A DNA stretch of 64,000 nucleotides from Azolla caroliniana (Eukaryota > Plantae > Polypodiophyta): assembly GCA_043228905.1 (NCBI GenBank), contig JBHGNT010000011.1:496001-560000 (forward strand). The letters are read 5' to 3'. Under the pieces are notes generated by a model that saw only the letters and a list, made by a program, of their open reading frames with translations, was not told the origin of the DNA and ran no database searches. Shown here in pieces: positions 1-12,449 of the stretch; the first letter of the stretch is position 1; each line of letters begins with the position of its first letter. The position numbers and the translations under genes are program-made.

Positions 1-1750
1 TGCTGGATTCGGCATTGTCTGTTGTACCCGAGGCAGGTCCCGTGGTAAGCGCGGGGTTTTGGGCCGGTTGGCTGCTTGAAGCTCCTTGTTCTGGATCCCG
101 TGGGTAGCCGCCTTTTATGAAATGCCATTTTTTGTTATAGTTCTTCTTATTGTGGTACTCTTGACGAGGTTGGTCGTTATATCTGCCATATTCCTCCCGT
201 TGCTGACGATATCCGGGGGAGTGCTCCCGGTCGTAATGTTCGTATCGTCTATTGTAATCCCGGTACCGATTATATCTATCATGTCGGTCGTAGTTATCCC
301 GCCGATCACCGTACCGGACATCATTCTCCCGTTGATTGCCGTAGTTATCCTGTGCTGGTCGGTCACGGTCCATTCGCCGCCAGCGTTCCTCTTCTTCATC
401 CCGGCTGCTACGTGGCTCTATTTGTCGGACGGGCGGTGCTTGCTGGTTCAATAGATTATACTCGCACCTATCCATCGTATGGCCCTTGGATGGACAAATT
501 ACACATTGCGTCCTCATAGTGCATTCTAGTGCCGAGTGTCCGGAATTCAAGTAGGTTGTGCACTGTATTGCTTGCTGAAACCGGAGGTCTTCATCGGACG
601 GTAACGCCCGTTCGAGTGCTCATAGTGTGAGCCAGGAGCTTGTCTTTTCCATCTCTCTCACCCGGTCAATGACCTGGTCGATGGTACTTGTGCGGAAGTC
701 AATTACTGTGCAAACTGTGCGTATGGGTTCTCGGAGCGCATTTAGGAATATAGTCCGTAATTCCTCCTCCGGGGCTGCGCGGGCAAGCTGACTATGCATC
801 CGTTGAAACCGGATGACAAACTGGGGAATGCTCTCCCCTGCCTCCTATCGGATGGTATAAAATAAGCCTACCATTACTGTCTGGTCCACCTCCTTTTGGA
901 AAAAATGCAAGAATTTAGCTTTTAAATCTACGAAGGTGGTGATGGTAGACGGGTCCTGCGTCCGGCGCCATCTCACTGCCGGTCCCTCCAATGTGACGCC
1001 AAATTCTGCTATCTTAGAGCATTCCTCTTCTTCTGAGGTCAATCGCTAGGACACATGGTTTGCTTCCCATGTCTATTCAAAGTCGTGAACATGAGCTTCC
1101 GCGTCCGGATCATCTCTATACTTGGAGTACTGGAATGACATGTCGTCGTCCAGTATCGGTGCGCGGGCTGGCGGTGTTGGTGGTCATTCTTGGTTTTTCT
1201 CCGGCGTCGGTGGTCTTTCCTCTTCTTTTGGTGATAGAGGCCTCTCCTCCTCGACTTTCGGTGTTGGAGGTCGCTCTTCCTCTGCTGGTTCGGGAGGTTC
1301 CAGCCTTAGCAATTCCGGTTCCGGTGTCGGTAAGGTGTCCGATCCTTCATCCTCCGGTTCGCCCAGGGTTTCGTTGCTACTACGGTAGTTCGTGTGCACG
1401 TTGTATTCCCCTTCGGAATCCGATTCATATATTGAAAAGGCTTCTGCTTCGCCTTCTCCGCTTGCCAACGCCTGGAGAAGGGATTCGGTTTCCCGGAGGC
1501 TGTTTAGGCTGCTGCCGTCGTCCAGGTGCGATGTTTGCTGTAACCAGAGGGACTCCTCTGCCACTCTCCGGATTACGTTGGAAAACGAGCGATCCGCTCG
1601 AATTTCCTGCGCCGCTTGCTGGAAAGTGTCACGTCTCCTTTGCCTTTCGGCAAGGTGTCGAGTTCGATTTGTAACCAGGTCGTGCGTTGATCTAGTCATC
1701 CATTCGTGCCGTCGTTCGCTGCAAAAACAAGAATTGTGGTCGCCAAAAAC
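1..1750 (-). mobile_element. Gypsy (Athila/Tat-like, non-chromovirus) internal region: degraded gag, runs off the window's left edge
   Basis: Gag-like text 'AEFGVTLEGPAVRW...FVDLKAKFLHFF' (845-1042), continuing as 'ESIPQFVIRFQRMHSQL...TIFLNALREPIRT', homologous to gag at ~51460. PBS TGGCGACCAC on the minus strand at 1736-1745. Confidence 0.75.
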
Positions 1751-2248
1751 TGTGTAAACTCTTAGGGTCGGACAATGGCCTAACACAGGGTGTCTACGGA
1801 AGACACTTCACCAAAGGGGTGTTACGGCAAGAGGAGTAGGCTCAACGATTAATCCGACTTAATTAGGTTACTTAGCAAGATCGTCCTTAATAATCACACG
1901 CGTAAGATATAACAATGAATGCAGAACGGCAATTAACACAGAGATAAAAAAACGCTAATCTTTATTAATTAACCGCTTCTCATTACATTGTATCCGGGCC
2001 TTTAAATAGGTTTCCGGTCTGTAGTACAAAATGGTGCCATCCGCACCTGTTCGGGATCGGTCCGGATCCGGAACGACATACCAATTCCGGTCCGTCCGTC
2101 CACACTCATAGCTTACTTACAACCATTCCTAATAATTAATTAACTCCTCCGTTTCACACTCTGGACTCCTTTGCCGGCCGGTAACAGAAATCCCATTGAA
2201 AGGTGCCCCCTCAACGGGATCTTGAAAGGTGCCCCCTTCAACGGGACA
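1751..2248 (-). repeat. 5' LTR of the left-edge Gypsy element
   Basis: TG...CA termini, 5 nt from the PBS. Short internal direct repeat ttgaaaggtgcccc at ~2196-2236. Confidence 0.7.
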
Positions 2249-2249
2249 A

Positions 2250-4335
2250 CGAGTTCCTCAAAGTCAAGTGAAAATTCTCTTTTTTCTATTGAGCCAATTG
2301 TTGTTTCTGATAACTCGCTTTTCTCAATTGATGAATATAGTCATATTAAGAAAAATAAGTTCGAATTAAGAACATTGAGGATGAAGTAGAAAGCTTGACT
2401 ATAATTTTTTCAATTGAGCCACTCAACTTAGGTGAATCTAGATATAATCAATTTGACAGAATGGATGTCTAAAATTTCGAAGAATCCCTCGACAAGTGAG
2501 CGTGAAACAATATAAGTTTTTGTGCTCAGATCGACAAATTTCAATTGACTTATGCAAGCTTTATTGTGGGAGCTTCTATCTATCAAAATTTGGAAAGACA
2601 AATTTGAGCGGGTTGCGAGAAAAATATTTGTCACTTAATGGCGACGAGCAAGACACATTCTTGGTTTCGCATATGCAAATTGTTAAGGACCAATTGTCAA
2701 TGTCCGGTGCTCATCAAGTGCAATATTACCTTTCACTTACGATGAAGTGTTGTCGAGTTGCTTCCAAAATTGTGTATAGCATCAGAAACATGAGGCTACA
2801 GAGAATTCAACATCAATTAATAAACGGGTGGTGGGTGCCTTTGAACAATATAGATTCTCCATGTAAGGGCTTGATTGGGCGACATGTTGTTAGATGGATG
2901 GAGATTTATATCTCGAAGCAATGCGATGTTATGCCCACCACGGGAAGGTTACATTTGTCCGATAACTTCACTCGTCGTGAGGTTTACCAAGCCTGTAAGG
3001 ATGATATGTTATTGGAATGTGTACCTTATATACAATATCGTTATTTTAATCGTTTATGGAGATTGAAGTTTAACAATGTGGTTATATCGTGCAAGGTCCG
3101 TATGGGTGTTTGTTCGATCTGCACGAGTTTAAAAAGCTTGGCAAAGAGTGTGTCAACAGATGAAGAGGTAACTAAATATAAGATTTTATTGAGAGAACAT
3201 CAAGAAAGCCAAGCATTGGAAAGGTCTAAAGTTATGCACCATCGTCAAAAAGCGCTTCAATCGCCAGAAAGATACATGTGCTTGATTGCAGATGGGATGG
3301 GTCAGAAGAAGACTTGTTTGCTACACTTTAGAAGGTTGCCCAAAGATATTGGAGATGAATGCCTAGTGCAAATGCACTTAGTAGGACGTCTTATTTATTG
3401 TCAGACGATAAGGCCTCAAGTGCTCTTCACCTATCCCAATATCCACAATGACCCTAATCTTACAGTTATTGTCATGCAAAGAGTTCTTCAAAGTTCGCAA
3501 GGTTTACTCCCACCAGTACTATATGTGCAACTTGACAACACGACTAGAGAAAATAAGAACTCAAATGTGTTTGGTTACCTCAGCATGTTAATAGGCAAGG
3601 GTATTTTTAAAAAGATTAAGGTCAACGTCTTGCTAATTGGTCATATACATGACCATATAGATCAAATGTTTAGCAGGTTCTCCAAGAAATTAGGGAGGTG
3701 CAACACTATCAAGGTTGATCGTGAAAGCTTATACCCCCAGGCCAATTGTGCAACATTTAGATGAGGTATATGATTTTAAATGCTTTTGTGTGGATGGTGA
3801 TGGGACAGGATGTAGGGTTCTTGCTCCGCTTAATAATATTAGTTTTAACCATGTCTTCCTTATCCAAAAAAGTGAAGTTGGTCACAACCGGATAGTGTTA
3901 TATGCTAAACAATACTCGTCAAGTTCACAATGGGAGCCACGAAGGCTCTTGTTGTATTTCCCAGATGTAGTAATCTATGGTGCCGAGCAAAAGCCCTATG
4001 ATGACCAAAACAGATTGGCTATTGGTAGTTCCATTGAAGAACAAAAGATATATTGGTTGTGGTGCCTTGAAGAAAAACATAAGCATATTGAACGAACAAA
4101 GAAGTATGTTGGAGATCAGAATGTGGATTAGTGGGATGTCTTCTTTAATCATCAACATATAATATTAGATAACCATTTAAAAAGGTATTGGCTACTACAT
4201 AATCAATTCGAATGGAATTTAGGTGACTCGTCCATGGTGAGCATGACACCTTTACAACAACTAGATAATCTTGAATTAAATAACATAGTTCATCCGCGAT
4301 AGAGAGATATTTATGTGGGACCAAGATTATCACAA
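2250..4335 (+). pseudogene. Sola-like DDD transposase, copy 1, N-terminal and catalytic part (frameshifted)
   Basis: ORF 2496-3764 has CxxC 'VCSICTSL' and the triad motifs 'IADGMGQ', 'YVQLDNTTRENKN', 'LLIGHIHDHIDQMFS'. Continues in a shifted frame (3715-4131) up to the LTR inserted at 4336. Confidence 0.75.
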
Positions 4336-4538
4336 TGTCATGAAGAAAACCGTCCCTAGGAGGAATTGGGGAATTAAGGGCGTGAACCGGCCCTTCCATG
4401 CGTACGTGGTTTTATGGATTTGTACATAACAAGGATGTAGTCGGCCATTGTAAATATACTATGTAGCGAGCATTAATTATCTAGGAAATCGAGGTGTATC
4501 ACTGTCCAGAGTGATAGAGAATAAAGGTTATGTAATGG

Positions 4539-5221
4539 TGTCGTGAAGATTTCCGGCTACGGTGAGAAAATCGGGAGGAACGAGCAAAATGAGGATGTGC
4601 AACATTTCACATACACTTGTATATTTGTATATGAAAATGTAAAAGGGGAAAAGTAATAATCTATGGGGGCCAAAGGTGCACCACAGAGTTCATGAAGGAA
4701 TAATGGTGATGTGCATTGGTAGACTAGTGAGTGATGGGCATTAAGTCGGATGGCTAGAATAAAGGGAGTTAAGGCCCATCAATCTAAGATCTAGGACATA
4801 TCTCCTCCTTTGAAAAGGAGAAAGGGGATTTGACCACCCCTCTTGTATTGTGCCTCACTCCTTACATCTTCTAATTTTGAGTGTGAGTGAGGTATACCAC
4901 TTAGTCTAGAGTTCTTCTTCTTATCGTTTAGGGTTAAGGTTTCCTTATTCATCTTCTTCTTCCTACTTATTCGCTTGGGTTTCTTATATCATTTGGTGCG
5001 GCCTATGCGGCCACCATTGTTGTAAATGTTTGTCCAGTTTTAATGTAACTTGTTGTGAGTGTTGCTTCCATCTATTTTGGTCTATGCTTATGTGCTACTC
5101 TTCATCTTCTCATCTTGTGTTAAGCTTCCATTTCTCGTCTCATTTTCTTCCTCCACTCCCTAGTCCAAGACCCTCATGGTCCCGCCTCAGATCCTACACG
5201 CGCTCGCAGAATATCGCGACA
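4539..5221 (+). repeat. LTR of a second Phygy-like element inserted into the first LTR
   Basis: tgtcgtgaag...atcgcgaca, followed by PBS tggtgaaccacacgtgaa (tRNA-Trp-like). A same-family solo LTR lies at 22794-24004. Confidence 0.8.
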
Positions 5222-5259
5222 TAATTTGGTGAACCACACGTGAAGAAGCGGCAAGGGAG

Positions 5260-5975
5260 CATGGAGATGGAAGAAGACTTCGACTTCGAGGAGATGATGG
5301 CAAAGATCGTGATGGATGCCGGACGAAAGATGTTGAAGCGAGATGCAGCTCAACACAGCCGTCGAAAGGGTGGTCGATCGAGTCGGCCTGCTCAATGGGA
5401 ATGAGGTCCCAAATTTTTTGAGAGCTTACAATGCCAAGATGACGGAGAGGGGTGTGGACGAAGCGACCATGTCAAGGTACAAAGAGGTCAAGGAGCTCCG
5501 AGAAGCTCACGAGTCGTGGGAGTCCTTTGACGGAGCTCTATTGGAAGCGTACGGGTACGTGGAACCGGAGGGGCGAGGTCAGCACGAGTTGGACCGATGG
5601 GTGGCGTCGATGGAGCGCCATCGGAGCGCGATGGATGCATTCCGAGAGTTCGAATGCCATTTCTCTCAACTCTCGGAGCGGGATCGGAGATCGGTGAGGG
5701 TGAACAAAGTCCTCCTATTTTTGAAGACGATCCATCAAGAGGAGAGAATGGACCTCCTATTCGAGCTTCAAGATGATTATGGAGCATATGGTCTCACCGA
5801 GGGGTGGTCTGAGGTGGAATGGGTGTGCCGTAAACATGATGCGAGGCGGTCGGCCGCAACACGGCCCGCGAGTGGCGGAGAAGAGAGAGCGGCGGAGAAG
5901 AGAGAGTGGCGAGTGACTACGCACTACCGCCGGAAGAGAGCTCAACGCAAAACGGATCGGAGGAGCTCGACCTAG
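5260..5975 (+). pseudogene. Phygy-type gag fragment (non-autonomous element)
   Basis: 'AVERVVDRVGLLNGNEVPNFLRAYNAKM' aligns by eye with gag at 10719-11393 and 41227-43422. Confidence 0.7.
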
Positions 5976-6061
5976 AAGCGCTACGGGAGGCATGCGACAA
6001 TGTGAGGTCGAAGTTCGGAGCCGAAACATGGCGGCCCGAAACATCGAGTAGGGAGGAGACA

Positions 6062-6412
6062 AGCGGCAGTGCCGCAACCTTACACTCACCGGCCCTAGAG
6101 GCTCCAACGGTCGGCTCAAGTGCCGGCGTGAGACCTAGAGCGACGGGCGGTGGTGGTGGCAAGGCAGGCAACCGAGACAACGGTAAAGAGACTGTGGAAG
6201 GGGAGGCGGCAAGCATACTGGAGGCTTTCATAATCGGAGATGAGGTAACCACGGACAACGACGTCTGGATGGAGGTGGCTACGGGCATGACGAGCGGCGG
6301 TGTCGCGACCTTACACACACTGGCCCTAGAGGCTCCGCGGTCGGCCCGGGTGCCGGCGTGAGAGCTAGAGCGACGGGCGGTGGCGGCGGCAAGGCAGGCA
6401 ACCGAGACAACG
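6062..6412 (+). repeat. Internal duplication (~120 bp core, two copies)
   Basis: Near-identical 'accttacac...ggccctagaggctcc...ctagagcgacgggcggtgg...aaggcaggcaaccgagacaacg' at ~6062-6182 and ~6293-6412. Confidence 0.7.
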
Positions 6413-7236
6413 ACGAAGGGAACGACGAGGATTGTAGCGGACGAAGGCAAGATCCCTCGACACCACGGCCGGAGACTACGGTGGTTGCGCTCGAATGCCA
6501 ACGTGAGACCGGAGAGATGGGCAGTGGCCGTGAGGAGGCATGGCCCAGAGAGAGCACATGTGAAGAGGATGCGGGGACCGGAATGGGCGTATACGAAAGG
6601 TTCGACGGAGAGGCCCGGAGCGGCAAAGAGGAGAGAGTCAGGAACCGACCCGACCGAAAGATGACCGGGTCGGTAATCCGACATGACCGGAAGGAGAACC
6701 GAAAGAAGAATGGAGGAAGGGCCGGCTATCCGGGCCCAAACCGGAGAAAAGCCGGCAAGGCCAGATTTGTTCGGATAAACGCGTACCGGCCGGTGACGAT
6801 TGCCGAAGGAAGCCGACCGAACCGAAACACGATTGGTTCGGACCGATTCGGGCAAGGGCCAAGCCGGCATGATTGCAGGTCGAGGCATACGGGTCATGAC
6901 ACCCGGTGGGAGCCGATCAGCGCGAGGAGGTTAACCGGACATGATGAGTACGGTTCGGTGGAAGAACGAAAACTCGAGGGACCCTCTACACCTTTTCTAG
7001 AGACTTCAGTGGTTGCGGATCAACGTGAGACCAGAGAGACAACGGGTGGCGGCGAGGAGTGGGTTACCGAAGAGGACGAGGTTACCGGAGTGGGTATCCG
7101 GTGCGGAAAAATGGACGAGCGGGGCCAAGAGGGCTGAACGGAGTTGGTAGGGGTTACGGCAACAAGGGAAGGAGAGACCGACGCGGAGTTCGGGTCTACG
7201 GCGGATGAAGGGCGTAACACGAAGCATGCATTACGG

Positions 7237-10200
7237 TGTCGCGTTGTTGCGTGCGTGCGTGGAGAAAGGCGGGACCACGGGGGTCTTGGACTAGGGAGCG
7301 ACGGAGTGTAGGAAGTCGCACTTCACCGTTTCTGGGGCACCCCCCTGAAACGCACCGAAAGCAGCCGAGGGGAGAGAGAGAGAGAGAGAGAGAGCGTGCC
7401 TGACACCGACTCACGCGTGCACACACACACGCGCGCGCGCACACACACACACACACACGCACACACGCACACACACCCTCATGTACAAGAAACACAGGGA
7501 AGGAGGGGAGCACCCGACACCAACAAGACGCCAATATACACAGACAGACGCAAACGTATATGTATATATATATAAGAAGAATACACTCCCGGCTTCGAGC
7601 CGACTGAGGTAGGTGACAGTAGTCATCTGCTGCCAAGCCGCCGCCGGGGAGCTCACGGGCTCGTCGTGCCGAGCGGGGTCTTGCGCAGGAGATGAGCTGA
7701 AGCAAACCCTAAACGAACACGAAGGGGAAGAAGAAGAAGCAGAAGAAACCTAACCCTAAACCTACCGGTATACCCTCTAATACAAAATGAGCAACCCTTT
7801 TACAAAGGGCGTTCCCTCCCTTTCATAGAACAAGGAGAGGGATGCGTTACAATGTGGGACAAATCCCGACTTTCATGGGATCGTCTGTCCCGACTTGACT
7901 ACTCTTCGGCGCCATAAAGGCGCCCTCGATATTCACACTAAATGTACATGGGTGCGTACACACGCTGCACCCCGCCGATGTAGCCAATGTTTCCCGGTTT
8001 TCGCCTATGGCCGAAATTCTTCACGAAATCCGCCCCCACCTAATTGCACGTCCACTGGTACGTGCCAATCTGGTTGAAGGGTGAGAGATTTCGGCCGGTG
8101 AGAAACCGGTCTCCCGTGATCCGCATCTCGGATCGATGCCGGTTCGATCCGTCGGCCTCGAGTTTTCCTTCGCGCTCGCCTCCCCGTAGGCTCTCCGTAG
8201 TACGCGCTCTTCCGTTGGCCCTTGTTCGGCCATATGAACGCCCCGCTCCCCGTCGTATGCCCGATGTCCTCCGCTCGAGGAATGCCGGTGGCAGCCCGCT
8301 TGGCCTCCGTTGTCGGATCGTGATGTCCCGATGGTGTTTCGCGTCGCCTTCGTCCTTCCGCCGCCACCTTCCTTCTCCATGGTCTTACATTGCTGCGTCG
8401 GCTCGATCCGCCATGGTCTCCGGAATGGTGTGGAGGATCCCTTTCCAACCTTCTCCGCGCTCGCCTTCCCGCTCCGGCACCTCCGTGTGCCACATACCCT
8501 CGTCTGTTGTTTGGCACTACCTGTGTTGCACTCCTCGTCGGCCCCTTTCCGACCAGATCGTGCATCGCTGTTCACCCGCATACCGGTGTCCTTTACATCC
8601 GAGGAACACCCCATAGTAGCCCGCTTGGCCCTTCCCGTCTTCGTGCTGCTGCAACAGGTCCTGAGTCTTCTGCTTGCCGTCGTCCCTTCGCCCCCACTAG
8701 CTTGTCACCCCGGCTTGCCGTGTCAGTCTTCGTTATTTCGACGGAGCTACCGAGTGTGGAGGATCCTCCTCCGGCCTCTCTTGCCATCCTGACTCCGACC
8801 CTGTGCAGTCCACTAGGCACTTGTCACCTCGTTCCAGGCACCTCCCTTGTGCCGTCTTCCGCTTCCTTCGTTCGGCCTCGCCCGCGCCGAACATCGTCCC
8901 GTAGTCACGCTTCGATCCGGCCCGTGATGGCCACTCGCGAGACTCTTGTTCTGTCCAAGGTGTGCCTTTTCGACCTAACACACCTCCCTGTGTTCACCCC
9001 TATCGGGTCCTTCCGATACCTCGTGTCGTCGGGTCCCGTTCCCTGCCGCCACCGTCCTTCTCCCTCGGTCTCACGTTGCCACGTTGGCCGAACTGCCGGA
9101 GTCTCCGGATCAGTGTGAGGGTCCCATAGGGCCGGACTCCGTTTCTATGCTTGCCGTGATTCGGGTGACTTTTGTTTGAGCCTCTCCCGGACTCTCCTCG
9201 TGCCTTCCGTGTAGCCGGGTCCCGTTTCCCGCCGCCACCTTCCTTCTCCCTCGGTCTTACGTTGCCACGTTGGCCGAACAACCGGGGTCTCCGGAACCGG
9301 TGTGGGGATCCCGTAGGACCGGACTTCCTTACGCCCATCGTCTTCGTCACCTCGCCGCCACCGTCAGTATCTTGGTCTTACGTCGACCGCGTTGCCGACT
9401 GCCGAAGTCTCTAGAACCGGTGTGAAGGATCCTCCGTCGACCTCCCTTCCGTAGCCCTTGCCTTCGTCACCTTGCCGCCACCGTCAATATCTTGGTCTTA
9501 CGTCGACTGCGTTGCCGACCACCGAAGTCTCTAGAACCGGTGTGAAGGATCCTCCGTAGGCGTTCGTCGCCTTCTTGACCCTGTCCCGGGTCGTCCTTTT
9601 CTGCATGCCGAGAGGGCGGTTTACTCCACACCCTCTCCCGTGGTACCGACGTACCGTGTCCTCGGCCTCTTTGTACGCCTGCTCTCTTCCTCCCTGTCGG
9701 AATGATCATCTGGGAGTCCGCTCCGCCCGGTTCTCGTCCGGGTCCGTTCGTCCTTCTCCGGATTGCCGAGTCCTGTTCTCCTATCGTCTCCGTGTCTCGT
9801 ACAGGACTTACGCCGACACTCGGGCTAGCAGCCGGATAAGTGTAAGGAACCCCATAGGACCGGCTTCATTCTCTTTCCAAATCTCGACCTTCGCCCGGTC
9901 GGTCTTTCTCCCCATGTAAAAGAGGGTGGCTCGTCCCGCACCCCCTTCTGTATCGGCACTTTCATGCCGACTCCGGCCCCGAACGAACGATCCACGACCG
10001 GATCACGCTCCACCCGCATCGGAATGTTGATCCCCTCGTGCCTTGTCCGTCCCCGGCCTCCTCGTAGGCCGTTTCCCATCCGTCTTCCCTGGAATCATGC
10101 CAGGACTCCTCGGTACCACCATCCATCTCCTCGGTCTTACATGGGCATACGGGTCCAATTGCCGAGTTCTCCGGAATTGGGTCCGTGGGCTTTCGTCCGC

Positions 10201-11600
10201 TCCTTCCCCGTATCGTCTTGCCGGTGATTCTCGCCCTTTCACCGCCGCCTTCCTCCGCTTGGGACTCACGTGGGCACTCGGGCCCGCTTGCCATCGTCTC
10301 GGGAGCAAGTGTGGGAAGACACAAAGAATCACCCGTCCATTTTACGCCCTTGTCCGTAGCCACCGACTCTTCGTGGTCAGCGGTCGTCTTCTTACCGATC
10401 GCGCAAGCCTCGTCTGGGCTTGCTTCTCCAATGACCGGGATCTCGGGCTGACACGCCAGAAACCGTTGGTCCCAACGTTTCGGTTCCCCGATCAGTATCT
10501 CGGCCTCGTCCTTGGCCGTTCTATCTCCGCAAGTCGAGAGCATGGCTCGTCCCGCACCCTCTCCCGTGGTACCGATGTACCATTCTCTTCCGGCCTCCTC
10601 GTCCTCCGATCGCCTCCGGCCCGACTCCATAATAAGCCCTTTTTCGGCTTCGATTTTCCCCTCTTCCTCGAGCATCGCTTTGAGAGCTGCGTACGCCGAT
10701 CCTTGCCAACTCTCTTTGTCATTCGGCCTCTTCCCGTTGTGATGGCACGCCGTCGCGTACCTTCCTCTTAGCCTTCTCGGCTCGCTCTTTGTCTATCCAT
10801 TGGCACACCCTTCCGACCTCCGACCAGTCCTCCGTAAGCCCATTCGCCCCATCATTGTCTTCGAGCTCAATCCCGATGGCTTCCCGTTCCTTTCGGTCGA
10901 TCGACCTGACGAACAAAAGGACTTTGTCCGCCCCCACCAAACCTTGTTCCCGCTCTGGGAGCCGAGCAAGTCGTTGCTCAAACTCCCGGAACGCCTTCAT
11001 CGCACCCCGGTGGGTCTTTGCTGATGCTACCCACTGGTCGAAGTGGTGTCGTCCCCGGCTCTTCCGCCGTCCTCCATATGCTTTCAAGAGCGCCTCTTCG
11101 AAGGCCTCCCACGAACTATGAGCCTCACGGAGCTCCTTTATTTCCGCGTGCATCCAGACAGCCACGACCCGACAGAAGAACTCCAGCCTCAACGCCTCGT
11201 CTACGCCACGCTCTTCCATTTCCGCGTTGTAGGCTTCCAAATAAGGTGGGACTTTGTCCCCGTTGAAACGGCCGACTCTTTTGACCACTCGCTCAACCGC
11301 TTGTTGCGCTGCTTCTCGCCTCATCACCACTCGTGCCGACTCCAACACCACTTCGGCCACCATCTCCACAAGGTCGTCGTCTTCCGACTCCATCCTCCCT
11401 TGCCGCCTTTCACGTCGGGTTCACCAAAGATGTCGCGTTGTTGCGCGCGTGCGTGGAGAAAGGCGGGACCACGGGGGTCTTGGAGTAGGGAGCGACGGAG
11501 TGAGGAAGTCACACTTCACCGTTTCTGGGGCACCCCCCTGAAACGCACCGGAAGCAGCCGAGGGGAGAGAGAGAGAGAGAGAGCATGCTTGACACCGACT

Positions 11601-11631
<31 letters not shown>

Positions 11632-12186
11632 GCCCTCATGTACAGGAAACGCAGGGAAGGAGGGGAGCACCCGACACCAACAAGACGCCAATATACACAG
11701 ACAGACGCAAACGTATATGTATATATATATAAGAAGAATACACTCCCGGCGTCGAGCCGGACTGAGGTAGGTTACAGTAGTCGTCTGCTACCAAGCCGCC
11801 GTCGGGGAGCTCACGGGCTCGTCGCGCCGAGCGGGGTCTTGCGCAGGAGATGAGCTAAAGCAAACCCTGAATGAATACGAAGGGGAAGAAGAAGAAGCAG
11901 AAGAAACCTAACCCTAAACCTACCGGTATACCCTCTAATGCAAAATGGGCAACCCTTTTACAAAGGGCGTTCCCTCCCTTTTATAGAACAAGGAGAGGGA
12001 TGCGTTACAATGTGGGACAAATCCCGACTTTCATGCGATCGTCTGTCCCGACTTGACTACTCTTCGGTGCCATAAAGGCGCCCTCGATATTCACACTAAA
12101 TGTACATGGGTGCGTACACACGCTGCACCCCGCCGATGTAGCCAATGTTTCCCGGTTTTCGCCTATGGCCGAAATTCTTCACGACA
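7237..12186 (-). mobile_element. Complete non-autonomous gag-only Phygy-like LTR retrotransposon
   Basis: Near-identical LTRs 7237-8028 and 11431-12186 containing (GA)n/(CA)n tracts. PBS TGGTGAACCCGACGTGAAA (tRNA-Trp) at 11408-11426, PPT at 8029-8040, 4-bp TSD acgg (7233-7236 / 12187-12190). No pol motifs seen. Confidence 0.9.
10719..11393 (-). CDS. Gag capsid-like protein, intact 224-aa ORF
   Basis: ATG just downstream of the PBS. 'AVERVVKRVGRFNGDKVPPYLEAYNAEM...KVLLFVRSID...GLTEDW' parallels gag of the 36642-44486 element. Confidence 0.7.
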   Translation of the reverse strand: MESEDDDLVEMVAEVVLESARVVMRREAAQQAVERVVKRVGRFNGDKVPPYLEAYNAEMEERGVDEALRLEFFCRVVAVWMHAEIKELREAHSSWEAFEEALLKAYGGRRKSRGRHHFDQWVASAKTHRGAMKAFREFEQRLARLPEREQGLVGADKVLLFVRSIDRKEREAIGIELEDNDGANGLTEDWSEVGRVCQWIDKERAEKAKRKVRDGVPSQREEAE

Positions 12187-12449
12187 ACGGCCGGTGGAGG
12201 GCCAAAGAACGAGCATGCATTCAGATGAGCGGCAACGAGTGACCGGCAACCGCGGACCAGTCGAGCCTTTGAGAGGCAAGCACGCGGCGATAGACGGAGC
12301 AGTCTCTCCACACTCGTTCTTCGGTTCTCAAGGCATAGCCTTTCGCGCTCACCGATCATCCGCCGATACCAGCACCTAAGAAGATAGTTGGCCTCCACAA
12401 GCCGACAACTCACAAACTACACCACCAACTCCAAATACGATGACTATGG

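Noticed and set aside
86-454. Hydrophobic membrane-protein-like ORF (also 1060-1674)
   Set aside because: Antisense shadow of the low-complexity R/D/E/N-rich gag region on the minus strand.
5900-10800. Many overlapping 150-330 aa ORFs on both strands
   Set aside because: GC-rich, repetitive retroelement filler with no recognisable domains. Long ORFs are expected by chance at this composition.
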